Shown here piece after piece: positions 1 to 13,249 of a stretch of DNA of 64,000 nucleotides. Below the pieces are notes generated by a model. It had not been told where the DNA came from and searched no databases. It saw only the letters and a list, made by a program, of their open reading frames with translations. Position numbers and translations under genes: made by a program. Within the stretch, counting starts at the first letter, position 1. The number at the start of each line of letters is the position of its first letter. The DNA lies in the NCBI RefSeq assembly GCF_036321535.1, contig NC_087436.1:105030001-105094000 (forward strand), written 5' to 3'. The DNA is from Camelus dromedarius (taxonomy: Eukaryota).

Positions 1-1580
1 GTGGCTATTGTGAGGTCGTCCGCACTGCGCTGGGTATAGTGCCTGGCACCTACAGCAAGTGTTTCAAAGCATGAGTGGTGATGGTGATTTATTGAGTGTC
101 TGCCACATGCTGACAGGGCATCCAGCGGTGCTGGTGACGGACACAGCCTTGCCCTTCAGGGGCCCATGTTCAAGTGGGGAAGTCAGTGTATAAACAGGTA
201 ATGTCAAAAATTACTTGTACAACACACATGCCTGAGAATGTGCCAGGAATTCATGTGAGATCATTTCCCCTTCTCAACCGGTTTGTGAAAGAGGGTCTTT
301 TGCTCCTTCTGGATTCTGTAGACGGGGCCAGTCAGCGCAAGACCAGGACTTGGCTGAGATCCCACAAGGAGCAACAGGCCCGTTAGGGATTCCACACCCG
401 CCCTCAGAGCTGATCTTCTGTCCGTTGCCTCTTGGCAGCTCTGGAAGGTGCTCAGTGCAGCTAGCGTTCAGAGGAATGAATTCCAGCTAACACTTTCTCT
501 TACAGAAAATTCTCTGCACCAACAACTCATGTTCATCAGGCAGGTTCTCCCCAGGAGGAGGCAAATGACCAATTACCACTGGCTGCTTTTACGGGATGGA
601 GTTGGCTGCCTGGGGAAAGGGAAACATTCCACTGCGTATCCTCTTGCACTTTTGAACTTTGAGCCATCTGAATATAATTATTACCTATTCAAAAATAAAT
701 GCTAACACTAAAGTTCAAGAATAAAAAAAGAAAAGAAAGGCTTATGAATTACCTTCAGGAGAATCCTGGAATGAATTAGTCTCTAAACAAGTTCAGTTTC
801 AGCAAAATCTTGGCAGGTCCCCCGGGATGGTCTTCCCCTGCTGGAGAGAGGGTCCAGGCTTTCCCGGGTTAATTCACCTTTTGGGCTGCATTCTAGATTC
901 CCTGGATGTCTGAATTTCCATTAGTCTCAGATAGACCTGGAGTGATACTGGGTCTAGAAGTTTTTTTCCTGATGGTCTGGATTCAAGAACAAGCTTCACA
1001 AGATAGCTTCCAAAGAATGCAGAGGAGCTGTAACTGGCCTGACCACTCTCTCAGTTCATTGGAGGGGAAAAAGGAACATCACAGCCAATAGCTCACATTT
1101 GGGATTAACTATGGAATCTAAGGTGACACCAAACCCACAGCCCTGCTGAGGGAAGATCACGTCTTTCCTTCTGGTTAGATGAGAAACTCAGAATAAAGCA
1201 TTATTCTAAAAGTAAACACAGAAGATAGTGTTAGGGGTGAGGAGTGTCCCAGGTGAAAAGTCTAAAGAACTAAGGGCAGGGCCCAGCTCTGGGGAGGCCC
1301 CATATCCCTGATCCTGAGTTTGTGGAGTAGAGGAGTTGGGCTGATGTTTCCCTCCGTCCCCTCTTGGGTTCTAACACCTCCGTTCTGGGTCTGTCCTCCG
1401 ACTCTCTCTTCCATCCCTGGATTCAGTCTCAGACCCCAAGAGCTGGAGTCCCAGTTAACTGGCAGCATGCCAGGGTACCATTCCCCAAGGCAGGGAACTG
1501 GACCTTCATTCCTTTTGTACATCTTCCCACAGAACACATGGTCCCAAATTCTGCGCACACTCCTCCTGCTCCCTCCACCC

Positions 1581-1598
1581 TCCTCCTCCTCCTCCTCC
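1581..1598 (+). repeat. (TCC)n microsatellite
   Basis: tcctcctcctcctcctcc; explains the poly-S and poly-E runs in the overlapping spurious ORFs. Confidence 0.85.
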
Positions 1599-1959
1599 AT
1601 CTCCGGGACTGCCTCACCCAAGCATGGTCACTTCTGTCCCTGGCCTCACAGGGCAAGTGTCTTGTCATCACTGTCTTGCAGATCTGCTAGGGTCTCTGAA
1701 GACTGTCAATACTAGGGGCAACCCCAGGCTAGGCCAGCTCCCCCAAGGTTGGTCTGGAGACAACAAAGGATTGAACTACTATTGAAGACAGTTTAATACA
1801 AGCAAGAACTTACAAATGCCACAGACTGGGACTCACACTCTAGGAACAGAACCTAATCCTGTCCTGCAGAGAGCTCCCCTCCCCCAATCCCCATTGTTAA
1901 CGTTCAAATTGTCTCTGCTCCCTGCCACCCACACCCCGACCTCAACTATTTGGAGCAGA

Positions 1960-2670
1960 AGTAGACAACTGAGTTGAGCTGGATCAATCAGTCCCTTGCC
2001 TGCAAGGTTGAAATTGTGCTAAGATATTCAGTCCCGCTGTGGCTGGACCAGTCAAGAAATCCTGAGGCTGCAGGCAGCCATTTTTAACCTAGGATGCCGA
2101 GAAAGTCAGTTTTCAGGGAAAGAGAGAGAAATGAATGGAGCAGAAATGAAAAGAGGGCTCAAAATGGGACTCAGAGACGGTCCCACGGGCGATTCTGTCC
2201 CTGGTCAGTTTCTGGTCAAGAGCAGGTTTATTGTATATTTTTCACTGTCTTGTGCCCATCATCTTCCAAATGATGCCCCTGTTTCCTTCGGAGGAATGAC
2301 CTCTCTCCATTGTGATTCATCTTGCAGGGATAAGTCATCCTAGGCACTCACCTCACTATGTTAGTGGGGAGCCAGATCCTTCTGCCCATCCCAGGGACTG
2401 CCATGTACAGGCTCATGTCCTGAGCTGAACAAAAACAATGGCAAGTGACTGACCGGCGCCATTCTCCCCAGTGGACTGGACGGTGCGGCCTGTCCAGGCT
2501 GTTCCTGCTGGGCTTCCTGCGTTTCCCTTCCACGTGGCCTTGGGCCATGCTCCACCTGCAGTCAGCCATAAGCTCTGTGTGCCCCCATCATTCTTCCTTT
2601 AAGTTTTCCTTCATTTTTGCAAAACCAGACTTGCATTCTCTTGTTTACAAGTAAGAGGTCCTGATTGACA
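1960..2670 (+). mobile_element. Degenerate MaLR (MLT1-family) LTR fragments
   Basis: MLT1-like motifs: gcagccattttt, gctccacctgcagtcagcc, and 3' end ttgcattctcttgtttacaagtaagaggtcctgattgaca; subfamily uncertain. Confidence 0.5.
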
Positions 2671-2789
2671 TTCACAGTTACATCACGTGCTTGGGATCCA
2701 TGAGACAATGGGTATACATCCCCTGTAATGAGCTGGAATGGATTTCTATTTCTTATGACCGAAAGTCCTTAAAGTTTAGGGTGGATCCC

Positions 2790-3090
2790 AGACAAGTTGT
2801 TTTATCTCTCTGAGCCTGTTTCCTCATCCTAAAAATGATGTAACTGATTCCTATTGTGCAGAGAAATTGGAAGGATAAAATAGCAATAGTAATAAAGAAT
2901 CAATTTTGGATAGTGCTTATGATGTCCCATTAACTGCTCCAGGAGCCTACATATAGTAACTCATTCAACCCTCACAACAACCCTACAAAGTAAGTGCTTT
3001 TAGCCTTATTTAAAGGTTAGGAAACTGAGAAACATAGAAGCTAAGTAATTTCCCCAAAGACACACAGCTAAAAAGTACCAGGTTGCCACA
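2790..3090. mobile_element. Two MIR SINE fragments, tail-to-tail (+ then -)
   Basis: MIR core tctctgagcctgtttcctcatcctaaaaatg (+) and ctcacaacaaccctacaaagtaag...gaaactgaga (-). Confidence 0.75.
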
Positions 3091-3269
3091 CACATACATT
3101 GTTGTTTGGTAAGTGGTAGCTATTATGTGTACTAGTCAAAGGGTTTAACAAGTCCCAAAAGTCAGTTTTTGACTTAGGTAGCATCCCACGTGTGAAGGAA
3201 GCGTGGTGCAAGCCTCCACCAGAACAATAGCTTATTGACTGCGGCCAAGGCAGTTGCAAAATGGGAAAT

Positions 3270-4340
3270 AACTCAGTCTGTCTCCCTCTCCCTTTACACA
3301 ATCCTCCCAGTGACCTCACCACTCATAGCTTCAACTGTCCCCTCTACGCCCAGTTGTCCCACAACTCTGCCCCCAGATCAGGCCTCTCTCATGAGCTCCC
3401 AGTACATCCAACGGCTGCCGGTGGGGCATTTCCACTTCAGTGGCTCATGGGCAGCCCAAACTCAGCGTGGCTGATGATAAACACTGCATCTTTACCTCCA
3501 GCAGCATCATAACATCATCGTCCTGTAAGCTTCCTAAACCATCTGCCCAGAGATCACCTCGCTTCCTCCCTCACCCCTAATCCATTCAACCCACCTCTAA
3601 CCCAATATATTCTGCATTGATAAACCTCATCTCTCCACTCCCTCAAGCAGACAGACCGTCATCACTCCTGCCCCATCACACAACTGCTGGCTGCCAATTT
3701 CCCACTCCCCTCCAATCCAATCCTATGTCACAGCCGAAGTGATGCTTTTAAAACACAAATCTAGCCAGTTGCTACTCTGCCTAATTTTCAGTGGCTTCTC
3801 CTTGACCCCAAGATAAAGTTTAAACTCCTTTTTATGGTTTGCAAGACTTCCTGATCTAGCCCCTGCCTACTCCTCCAGTTGTAAACCTTGAAATTTTCCC
3901 TCTGACACTTCCTGCTTCAGACATGCTAAACTTGCCCCTGAATTTTTCACCATTCGTTCACTTATTAATTCAATAAAGATTTACTGAGTCCTTGACATGA
4001 ACCAGGCGCTGGGAATAAAATAAACATGATTTCAGCTCTTAAGAGAGCAGGGCACTGGTCTGGTTGACTCCTATTCATCTTCAAGATCTCAGCTTACATA
4101 TCAGTTTCTCAAGGAAATGTTCTCTTTCCTCTAAACCAAAGTAAGTCCCATGGTGTGTGTATCCAGATTACTTTGTTCTTCTCTGTATAACATACACCAC
4201 ACCTTACTATTGTTTAACCTCTCTCTTTCTTGCCAGACTGTCAATCCCATGGGGTTGGGCACTGGCTCTCTTGCTCACCTCTGTACCGCCAAGCCCGGTA
4301 CACAATAGACACTCAAAAATAATTGATGAACGAATGAATA
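3270..4340 (+). mobile_element. L2 LINE 3' region (fragmented; short antisense L2 end at about 3950-4045)
   Basis: L2-like text ending cacaatagacactcaaaaataattgatgaacgaatgaat. Confidence 0.7.
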
Positions 4341-4639
4341 GCATAATATTCAGCAAATACTCATACTTCTGGTTTTCCTACAAGACTGTAAGCTTTTTTT
4401 TTGAAACAGTAGAGACCATGCCATGTTTCTATTTTTCTCCCAATAGTTCCTACATTAGTGCTCAATGAGTCTTGGTTGAATGGATGGACAAGTGTATCTT
4501 CATGTAGGAAAATGAGAGTTAGTAAGGATGGTCAAAGCAGGAAGGTGACATCTTTTGGAGACTGAAGCACGTGGGGGTGCCTGGAATTTGCAGTTACATG
4601 ATCTGTTGATTCTCCAGAGGGGCATGGAGTTCTTTGGTT

Positions 4640-4795
4640 CCCAGTGCTTGCTGTACAGTGGAATCATGTGGGGAGGTTGACTGATACCCAGGTCCCTCCT
4701 CCAGAGGTTACAATTCAATTGGTCCGCACAGAAGTTGGGCAATAAAATTTTTTTTAAGTTTCCTAGGTGACACTAATGTGAGCCAGGGCTGGACA
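4640..4795. mobile_element. MER5-family hAT-Charlie DNA transposon fossil
   Basis: ggaatcatgtgggg...tttttaagtttcctaggtgacactaatgtgagccaggg, typical MER5 motifs. Confidence 0.65.
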
Positions 4796-5281
4796 GGCAT
4801 GGGGCCTCATGAAATTTCTAAGACTTTGGCCAGATCAAGGTCTGCAGATAGACATGTAATCTGTTAGGGATTCCTGGGTACTGGATGTGGACCAAGACTT
4901 ATGCCATAATTAGAGATGAAACCAAGAGAATGAAGACAGAGAAAGAAGTCAGGATCCATTAGTCATCCCTTCTAGATAAACACTTATTGAATGAATGAAT
5001 GAATGAGTCTATAATGGGTAAAACAGGTCCTTTGTACTGCTGTGAACTTACTGGGAATAGCTTTCTTTATGGCCATCAAGCTACTAAATACTCATAGGCA
5101 ACCATGAAAAACATTCCTAAAAAGGTTAAACAATATTAAGCCAGTGGAATCTTCTGATAACATAGACCCCCAGGGGGCTGCAGGGTCATCCACTCATTCT
5201 CCCATTCACTCATTCAACAAACATTTACTGAGCATCTACTATCTGCCAAGCACAGTTCTAGATGCTAGAGAGGATATGGTT

Positions 5282-5672
5282 TGCTTTGGGCTGAATTGTG
5301 TCCACCCAAAATTCACATATTGAAGTCCTAACCCTCAGCACCTTACAATGTGATTGTATTTGGAGACAGGGTTTTTAAAGAGGTACCTGAGTGAAAATGG
5401 GGTCATCTGGGTTGATCTTAATCCAATATATGTGGTATCCTTATATGAAGAGGGTAATTTAGACACAGACAGACACAGAAGGAAGAGCATGGAAAGACAC
5501 AGGTAGAAAATGATCATCTATAAGCCAAGGAGAGAGACCTCAGAAGAAACAGATCTGCTGCCGCCCTGATCTCGGACTTTTAGCCTCTAGAATTGTGAAA
5601 AAACAAATGTCTATTATGTAAGCTCCCCAGTCTGTTGTGCTTTGTTTGGCAGCCCTAGAAGACTAAGAGACA
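5282..5672 (+). mobile_element. MLT1B/C-like MaLR solo LTR interrupting an antisense L2 end
   Basis: Starts tgctttgggctgaattgtgtccacccaaaattcacatattgaagtcctaacc, ends ggcagccctagaagactaagag; L2 cattcaacaaacatttactgagc lies upstream at about 5190-5280. Confidence 0.85.
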
Positions 5673-6713
5673 GTTGCAAATGAGACCAAGTCCCTGTTTC
5701 CTAACGCACGTATCCATCAAGTCTGAGAGCTACATGTATAACGTCAACATATTTTTCTATTGATATTTTTCAAAGCTTCGTGGTCATAGCTGAATTTAAT
5801 AAAATCCACATTCATTGAAAGAGCTTTTTAATTCTAAAGGGTATTTTGCCATCATTTGTATTTGGTACTAGGTAAAGTTTCAATTGGATACTAGCATGTC
5901 TTTAACACTTTTCTAACACTTGCTAAGCTCTCTTATATTACACAATAGAAAAAAGCCCTCAGCCTCACAACTGACCCTAAGCAGAAATATCTGGCTAGAA
6001 TTGAATAAAATCACTGTTTTATTTTTTCTAGTATGCATATTTAATAGCAAGGGATAAGGATTTTCAAGTTGTAGCAGTTATAGGATGTCTTCATTTCAAA
6101 TACATTTTTTTTTAGGCAAAAACCAAGTGATTAGACTTTAAGAATGAATATTCAATAAGTAATAGTAATGTAATTTGTATATAAGGCAAAAATCATGATG
6201 ATGGTATGCAAATGATAAAAGACTGGAAAACATGGAATGAGGAGATTTCATAGAAATTGCTAGTTTTATGATTTTCACTAACTCATTTTTCATTTCACCA
6301 ACACGGATTGAGCACATACTAGCTTTCAGGCATATTCTCACAAAATATCTTGTTTAATTGCAGAAGTAGATGAGAAGACAGGTGCCACATCTGTCCCATT
6401 CATTGTTGTATCTTCAGCACCTAGTACAGTGAGAAAGCCCCCAAAACTTTTCCTTTGAATGCTACGTGTACATCTTTGAGTCAGGATTCAACTTATTAAA
6501 TGATAAATATTCAAATCCAAAGTGCAGACCACTAACAATTGGTTAAAAGGAAGGGTCAGTTATTAATTTTCTCTTCTTCCCTGGGCTATATTCCCTTTTA
6601 AAAAAAATATTATTGTGGGGAGGGCATTTGCATTCAGTGAGAGTATAGTGCTTTTTTGAGACATTAGGTGAGCTACATGATACCCTGAAATGGACCACTT
6701 TTCCTATCTGTCC

Positions 6714-6765
6714 TTCATCCATCATCCATCCATCCATCTACCTATCATCCATTCACCCATCCAAT
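6714..6765 (+). repeat. (TCCA)n degenerate microsatellite
   Basis: catccatcatccatccatccatctacctatcatccattcacccatcca. Confidence 0.8.
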
Positions 6766-6969
6766 GAAGAACCTCTGAAAAAAACAAGAAACCTACATCT
6801 TTTTCTCAAGAGGATTTGATTAGCATCTGCAAAGCAATTGACAGAATTACACCAAGTGCCAGGCCCTGGAGAGAGGTGAAACTGGCTACCAGCACTCCTT
6901 TTTCCACTTTCAGGAAGCAGTCCAGTTACCCCACAAACCTCAAGCATTCTGGGGCCTCAGCCCTGGTAA

Positions 6970-7180
6970 TTAAAAGTATGGAATTTATGAGAGGATTTTG
7001 GGTTGGGTTCCCAACTCTACCAATGACTAGCTGTAAGCTTCTTGTGCCTCAGTTTCCTCATCTATAAACCAGGAAATACAATAATGCAAAAGAGGATTAA
7101 ATAAATATTCTTAAGCTGTTAGAAGAGTACCTGGCACGTAATCAGTGTTCAACAAATTTCAGCCACTACTGTTGTAATTA
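6970..7180 (+). mobile_element. MIR SINE
   Basis: tgtgcctcagtttcctcatctataaa...gaggattaaat...cctggcacgtaatcagtgttcaacaaat. Confidence 0.8.
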
Positions 7181-7898
7181 TTATCTGGAATGACTGGCCT
7201 GCATTCAAGGACAAAAACTACTGCTCTTCAAGGCCAAGTTCATTTTGTCTGGGATTTAGGATTTAGGCACATTCTGAATTGGGGAATAGGCTTCAAACCA
7301 AAATTATGGAATTCTGGGGAAGAAATGACAACAGATCTTCCTGTGGTCACTTTCTATCTGGAAGATAAAGAAGGCAAGTCACGCTTTCAAGGCCAGGGTG
7401 TGAATTCCACAGGTATATGGAAGAGACTGCAGATACTGGTTAAATGTTGATGATCTGTTTCTGCTCCATCCTATCCGGCCAGTTGCTGAGCTGTGGACAT
7501 TCCCCCACATCCTTAGCATGGCATGCAAGGCCCCATCTAATTCAGCCTGATCTTCCTTTCCTGCTTGCCTCTCATTACTCCCCTTCTGGAAACTTCCACA
7601 CCAGAGAGACTGGTTTATTCATTTACCTTAAAGGTTGCACAGGATCTATTCTCATTCTTTTGCTCATGCTGTTCCCTGAGGCTTGATCATTTGCCCACAT
7701 ACACCCTCCTCTCTGCTTAGATGAATTACAACCCCCTTGGGCTCCACATCCCATCACATCGCTTTTTAAAAGCTTCATCTGATCTCCCTAGTGTACAGGG
7801 ACCCCTCCTTCCTTAGAATTCCTGGCTCATTTGGAGTCTATGTAACTAATTTGGAGACTCCACTGAAAGGACATTATGATGACTATTCTATTATTGCC

Positions 7899-8306
7899 TG
7901 TGATTGTTAATTTTATGTGTCATCTTGCCTGGGCTAAGGGATACCCACAAAGCTGGTGAAACATTATTTCCAGGTGTGTCTGTGGGGATGCCTCCAGGAG
8001 ACATCCTGGAGGACATCCAGGAGGCATTTGAATGGGTAGACTCAGTAAAGAGTATCACTTCACCAATGCATCATCCAGGTCCCTAAGGGCTTAAATAGAA
8101 CAAAGAGGTCGAGAAGGGGTGAATTTGCTCTCACATTTGAGCTGAGGCCTCAGACATTGGCACTGCTGGTTCTCAGGTCTTCAAACTTGGACTGAATTCC
8201 ACCAGCAGCTTTCCTGCTCTTCCCCAGCCTGCAGATGGCAGATCCTGGGTCCTCTCCACCTCCATGATCACCAGTCAATCCCCATAACAAATCTCTCATA
8301 TCATAT

Positions 8307-8355
<49 letters not shown>

Positions 8356-8402
8356 CTGACTATTCTATTGGTTCTGTTTCTCTGGAGAACCTGACTAATA
8401 CA
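7899..8402 (+). mobile_element. MLT2-family (ERVL) solo LTR with 5-bp TSD
   Basis: TG...CA ends (tgtgattgttaattttatgtgtca ... tctggagaacctgactaataca); TSD ttgcc at 7894-7898 and 8403-8407. Confidence 0.9.
8307..8355 (+). repeat. (GATA)n tetranucleotide microsatellite inside the MLT2 LTR
   Basis: About 12 perfect gata units. Confidence 0.95.
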
Positions 8403-9089
8403 TTGCCTCAAACTAGTTTGACGTAATTTCTTCACATAGACCATAAGCTCTTTGGTGACATAGAATCCTTTTCTATGAACTCCCCCACAGGACTCCAAAA
8501 AAGTCTCCTTTTTCTTGAACTAACCAACATCAGTTTCTGTTGCTTGCAACCAAAATTCCTCCATGAACTAGAGGTGGAAAAAAAATTCTGAATTAACTTC
8601 AGTAAATGCCACCAAGGATATTTTAACACTCACAAAAATTAGAGATTCTCTTACTTCCTAGATAGGACCTATTTACTTGTATTTTATATTCATCTCTCCC
8701 AAGTTCAACTATTCTTTCATCAAAATTATAAATGAATAGTAGGAGAACAGCTGTCGTAGGTACTTCAGTGATAGAAAGAAGAGCTGATTGGCCAAAATAA
8801 AGAGAGAAAAGTCATAGAAGGCAGAGCCAAAACTCAACAATCATAGTGGTTTGTGTCGATGCAAAAAAAAAAAAACTCATACACTCAGTAGAACCGGATA
8901 ATCTCTCAGTGTAATAACCAACATTTATATAATGATGCTCTGGGTCATTCAGAGTAGAGTTAATTTTCTGGTATCTTCTATCTACAGAAAGCCCGAAACC
9001 AAATAATTCATCTTAGTAAAATTACTAACCCAAATGTCTACATTTTTTTTTTAAGTATGAGGCTCTGGAGAATGTACCCACCCAGTGCA

Positions 9090-9330
9090 TTCAGAAATTC
9101 ATTCAAGAAATATTTATGAGCACCTGCTGTAGACCAGGAACTGTCTAGTAGGGGAGGACAGAGCAGCGAACAAGACAGACGGGATCCTTGTTCTACTGGA
9201 GTTTACAGTCTAGGTGGGGAAGAGATCTTAAGCTAGTAAATACTTAAATGAACAAGATAACTTTAGATAAAAAGAAGTGCTATAATATATATGGAAACAG
9301 AGCCGAATGATGTATCAGAATGGTGGGGTA
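9090..9330 (-). mobile_element. L2 3' end
   Basis: ttcattcaagaaatatttatgagcacctgctgtagaccagg...ggagtttacagtctaggtgggg. Confidence 0.75.
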
Positions 9331-11699
9331 GACAGTGCCTGGGGTGGGGGATAGATTATATTGGGCAGCCATGAAAGGCCCCACCAAGGAGGGACATTAG
9401 ACATGGGAATGATGTCTCACGTCCCTCCTGCATTCTTCCTGCATTCACATCCCACTCTCTTGGCTCCCAGAGATGCCCCCCGCCCCCAACCAGCTGGAAG
9501 ACTCCCTGCCCCAGAGAGCCACGAGACAGCTTCCCTGAGGTGGGGAGAAGAAAGCAAAACAACCGCATTCCTTGGTCGAAGAGGCATTTGAGTAAACTCA
9601 ATAGTCCTGCTTTCTAGAAGGAAGTTTTTGCAGTACCTGGATTAACACATTCTGCAGTTAATCTGAAGGCTGTCCAAGTAGGACCCAGTGGAGCAGGTCG
9701 TTTTATTCCCCCTCATTTAGCAACTAAGGCTCTGCCCCCACACACCCAGGGGTTGATACCCAAACAATGATGGTCACTAATTCTGCAGGAGGTTTGAAGC
9801 TGATTTAGTCCTGACGAGCTCTATACTCAGTCATCCAGAAATTATTCAAGGCTGAGGCTTTTCATGGCCTGACACTTTGGCACAAATCCTCACAACGATT
9901 CCTCCAGAGCCAGCAACCATCCTGCTCTGGCTCCAAAGTACAATCTCTGACTCCATCCATACCCTCTGCCTGCCAGCCCTCCCAGAAAGGTTACTTCTTT
10001 GTCCGCCTGGGCACCTGGCATCCTCCTCTACAGGCAGGTTAAAAAACTTCCATCTGTTTCCAGCAAAAATGTTGGAGCAGATTCTCGTTTTGCTTCACGT
10101 GCCTCAGGAATGTGAATAATCCCATTTCAGAAGATGCTTGATTAAGTCTTTAGAACCCAAATCAAGTTGGTCATTCTTCAATCCCAAAAGCATGGCCTGT
10201 CATGAGGTGGAATCATTCTGAGTCAGATATTGTTCTAGAGAGAAGTCTGCTTTCGTGGGTTCAAAACATACAGAGATGGGTTCCTGTAAGAAATAATCAC
10301 CGCAATTCCCACACATGAATCCTCTCAAGCCAGTCCAGACCCTTCACCAAAGGGGACGCGCATGCCACTAGATACCTGGCCTCTGACGAAGCCAACGTGC
10401 GCAAGGCAGAGAAAGGGAGGCGCTGTATCTTCGGGCCTCACTGTGTAATGCACACTCCCCAGATGCCCAGCCTTGCAGGTAGAAGCACTCAAGTACCAAA
10501 ACCACTGAGCAATCACTTCTATGAAAAGTGTCTTATCACATCATGTAACAGGTCAGTAGAAACAGCTCTCTCTTGATCTCCCCCTGCCTAGTGCCACAGC
10601 AGCACCCGTCCACGGAAGCTATCAAAGCAAGCTGAGAATCTACGAGAATGAACTGTCTCAGCCCGAGCGGAGCCCGTGCTGTCTCCCAAAGCCAGATACC
10701 AAGAAAAGCACATGGCTTCAAGGTGGCAACCCACGGCATCAGAGTCCTCAACACAGCATGCAAGGAAAGCCAAGGACTTGCTTTAAGACCAACTCTGGGT
10801 TAACTTGAACACTGGTGTGTATTTCAGCAGACAAGAATTCACTTGCCAGGTTCTAGCAAAGGAATATTTTCCCCCCGAGAGTACCCAGTGTGATTTGGCA
10901 TATATGAATACCTGAAGAGTTTCCCCCCATTACTGCTGAGGTGGAACTAAGGGGTCGATAAAGTGTGAAATGAGAAACGGACGTGGTGTAGCTTAATGCT
11001 AATGACCGCTCAGGTGGTGTGGCTGGGCTTCCACATTCTTCCAGAATCAGAAATCTGATTAGCAACTACTTTCAGACTGCATTACAGAGTCTACCCCAAA
11101 TGCTCTCCTAATAAGGGGAATGTTACGACTGCCACCAATCTTTTCCTCCTGTTAATCATTTCAAGGATACCTGTGCACACAAGGTGACTATTAAGCAATT
11201 AACCCATTAAGGGTGTTTTTTTTTTTTTAATTTCAAGATTTGGCTGAACTTAAGAATGATCCTCCTTCCTTCTCCCAGCCCCCATACCTTTTAACTAAGT
11301 ACCTGAGTTCATCTATTGCAGTCTGTTAAAAATGTAAATAAATAAGTCTGGTGATAAAAGTCAGCGAAATTATTTCCATTTTTTAAAAACATTTATATTA
11401 GGATGCTTGCCCTTGATCACAGAACTAGAAACAATTATAAACCTGAAATTTCCTTTACCCGTAGTGTGTTATTTTCATTGCTTCAGAGGTGGAATAACCA
11501 ATCTATATTCACTTCATTCTGCTGGTTTGTTTTTCATTTCTATGTATTTCTACTGAAGACGTTGGTGATTCATTTGTGTTTTGGTTTATGTGGTGATGGA
11601 GGGAGGGTCATGATGAGGGGAAGGAGAGGTGTGATGTAAAAGTCAGAAGAGCATTACTGATATGTAGCTCTCCCAATAACTTTACTGACTTGCAAAATT

Positions 11700-12270
11700 A
11701 CTATTAATATGCATAACCTTTCCCTCCAAACTGGCTTTCTTACTGTGTTTGTGCATCTGCCCAAAGTCAGAAGCCAATTAGTCGTTTTAGGATTTTCTTC
11801 CAGCTTTAATACCCACCCACCTCTACTCAGTCACCGAGGACAGCTGATTCCACCTCTGCACTAACTCTTGGGTCCACCCCCTCTTCTCCAGGAGAGCCAG
11901 GCACACTGCTGTCATTCAGGGCCCAATCATGTCCCACGGGGCAGCGAGCAGTCCCATGGCCGGGCTCCCTAGTACTGGCCGGGCCTTGCACACACCCAGC
12001 CTCCACAGTCCAGCTGTGCCTGTTTGACTTTTTCTAACACCATCGGAACCTGGGCTACAAAGTCCCTATTTGGAAGGGCCCAACGAGGATCCTTTCTCAC
12101 CTTCCCCACACCGATGAGGGGTCCTTCTACAAAATGCCCCTTCACATGCCTCCCTTATAAGGGAGAACACTGGATTTTAATTGTTTGCTTGGAAAACTAT
12201 ATCCCACACTAGACTGTGAGCTCTATGAAGGTTGGAACTGTGACTTTCCCAGTGCCCCAAATACTGAGAA
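11700..12270 (+). mobile_element. L2 fragment(s)
   Basis: tcccacactagactgtgagctctatgaagg and upstream L2-like pyrimidine-rich text. Confidence 0.55.
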
Positions 12271-12471
12271 AATGATCTGTAAATTCTCTTAAGAAAAGGA
12301 AAAAAAGAGGGTCAATGGGAAACTTTTTGAGCCTCATGTGTCATGAAACCTAACTGAAATCACTTGTCACCCTGCACATGTAACTTCTTAGAATGAATAA
12401 AGGGCATCCTGGTGGAGGCACCATGGCCCAGCATCCAGCCACGCTCCTGTCTGGAGAGAATCCCCTAGCGG

Positions 12472-12652
12472 CAGGGCCAGCTTCGTGTGCATGTAACTTG
12501 CGTGGTTGTCCAGGACCCCACACTGAGAGGGTCCCCACATTTGGTTTGATGTTCTATTGGCATTATATGCAAATTCTTAATACATTTTTTTAACAAAGGG
12601 CCCTGGGTTTTTCCCTTTGCACTGGGTCTTGCAAATTATGTAGCTAGTCCTG
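12472..12652 (+). mobile_element. MER91A-like hAT-Tip100 DNA transposon
   Basis: Termini cagggccagcttc ... gcaaattatgtagctagtcctg; internal ttggtttgatgttct and tttgcactggg as in the MER91 consensus. Confidence 0.8.
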
Positions 12653-13249
12653 TCTGGTGGATATGGAAGTTAGGGGGCTGAGGACTCAGATCCTCCTAAT
12701 CTCCATCACCTGTGACAGCCCCTGTCCTCTGATGTATAAATTCACCACGCATTCATTATCTGGGTGAAAGCAGAGTGAATACTTCTTGCCTACTTACCTA
12801 CCACTATTTTTCAAAGCCACATAATTATTGATGAATTTAATAAAATATCCATTGATTTGAAAGAATCCCCTAATTCAAAGTGGCATTTTAGCATTATATA
12901 TGGTTTGTACGAGAGAAAGTCTCAGTAGGGTTTTAGCGTATCTTTAACACTGTTCTAACACTCACCACGACCCTTCGCTAGGATAGAAAGGGCTGCAGGC
13001 TCAGAGTCTTCCTCAGGCAGAAACATCTGGTTAGAATTGAACACCCTGGTACTTCCCACCCCCTGGGAGCCAGGAGCCCAGGCACTCCTCAGCTCCAACC
13101 TGGGAGATGAAGGGGTGATGAGACGCTCCCGTGGGGCAGCCATGGCAGTGGATTCCAGCAGGAGAAGCAAAGGATACCGCCCAGCTCTCCCAGGTTCCTC
13201 CCCAGCTCCTGCCTGTTTTCCCAGCCTGCACCTTTGGGCACCTGCTAAG

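Noticed and set aside
10993..11003. ttaatgctaat, identical to the first 11 nt of miR-155
   Set aside because: The rest of the mature sequence and the complementary hairpin arm are absent.
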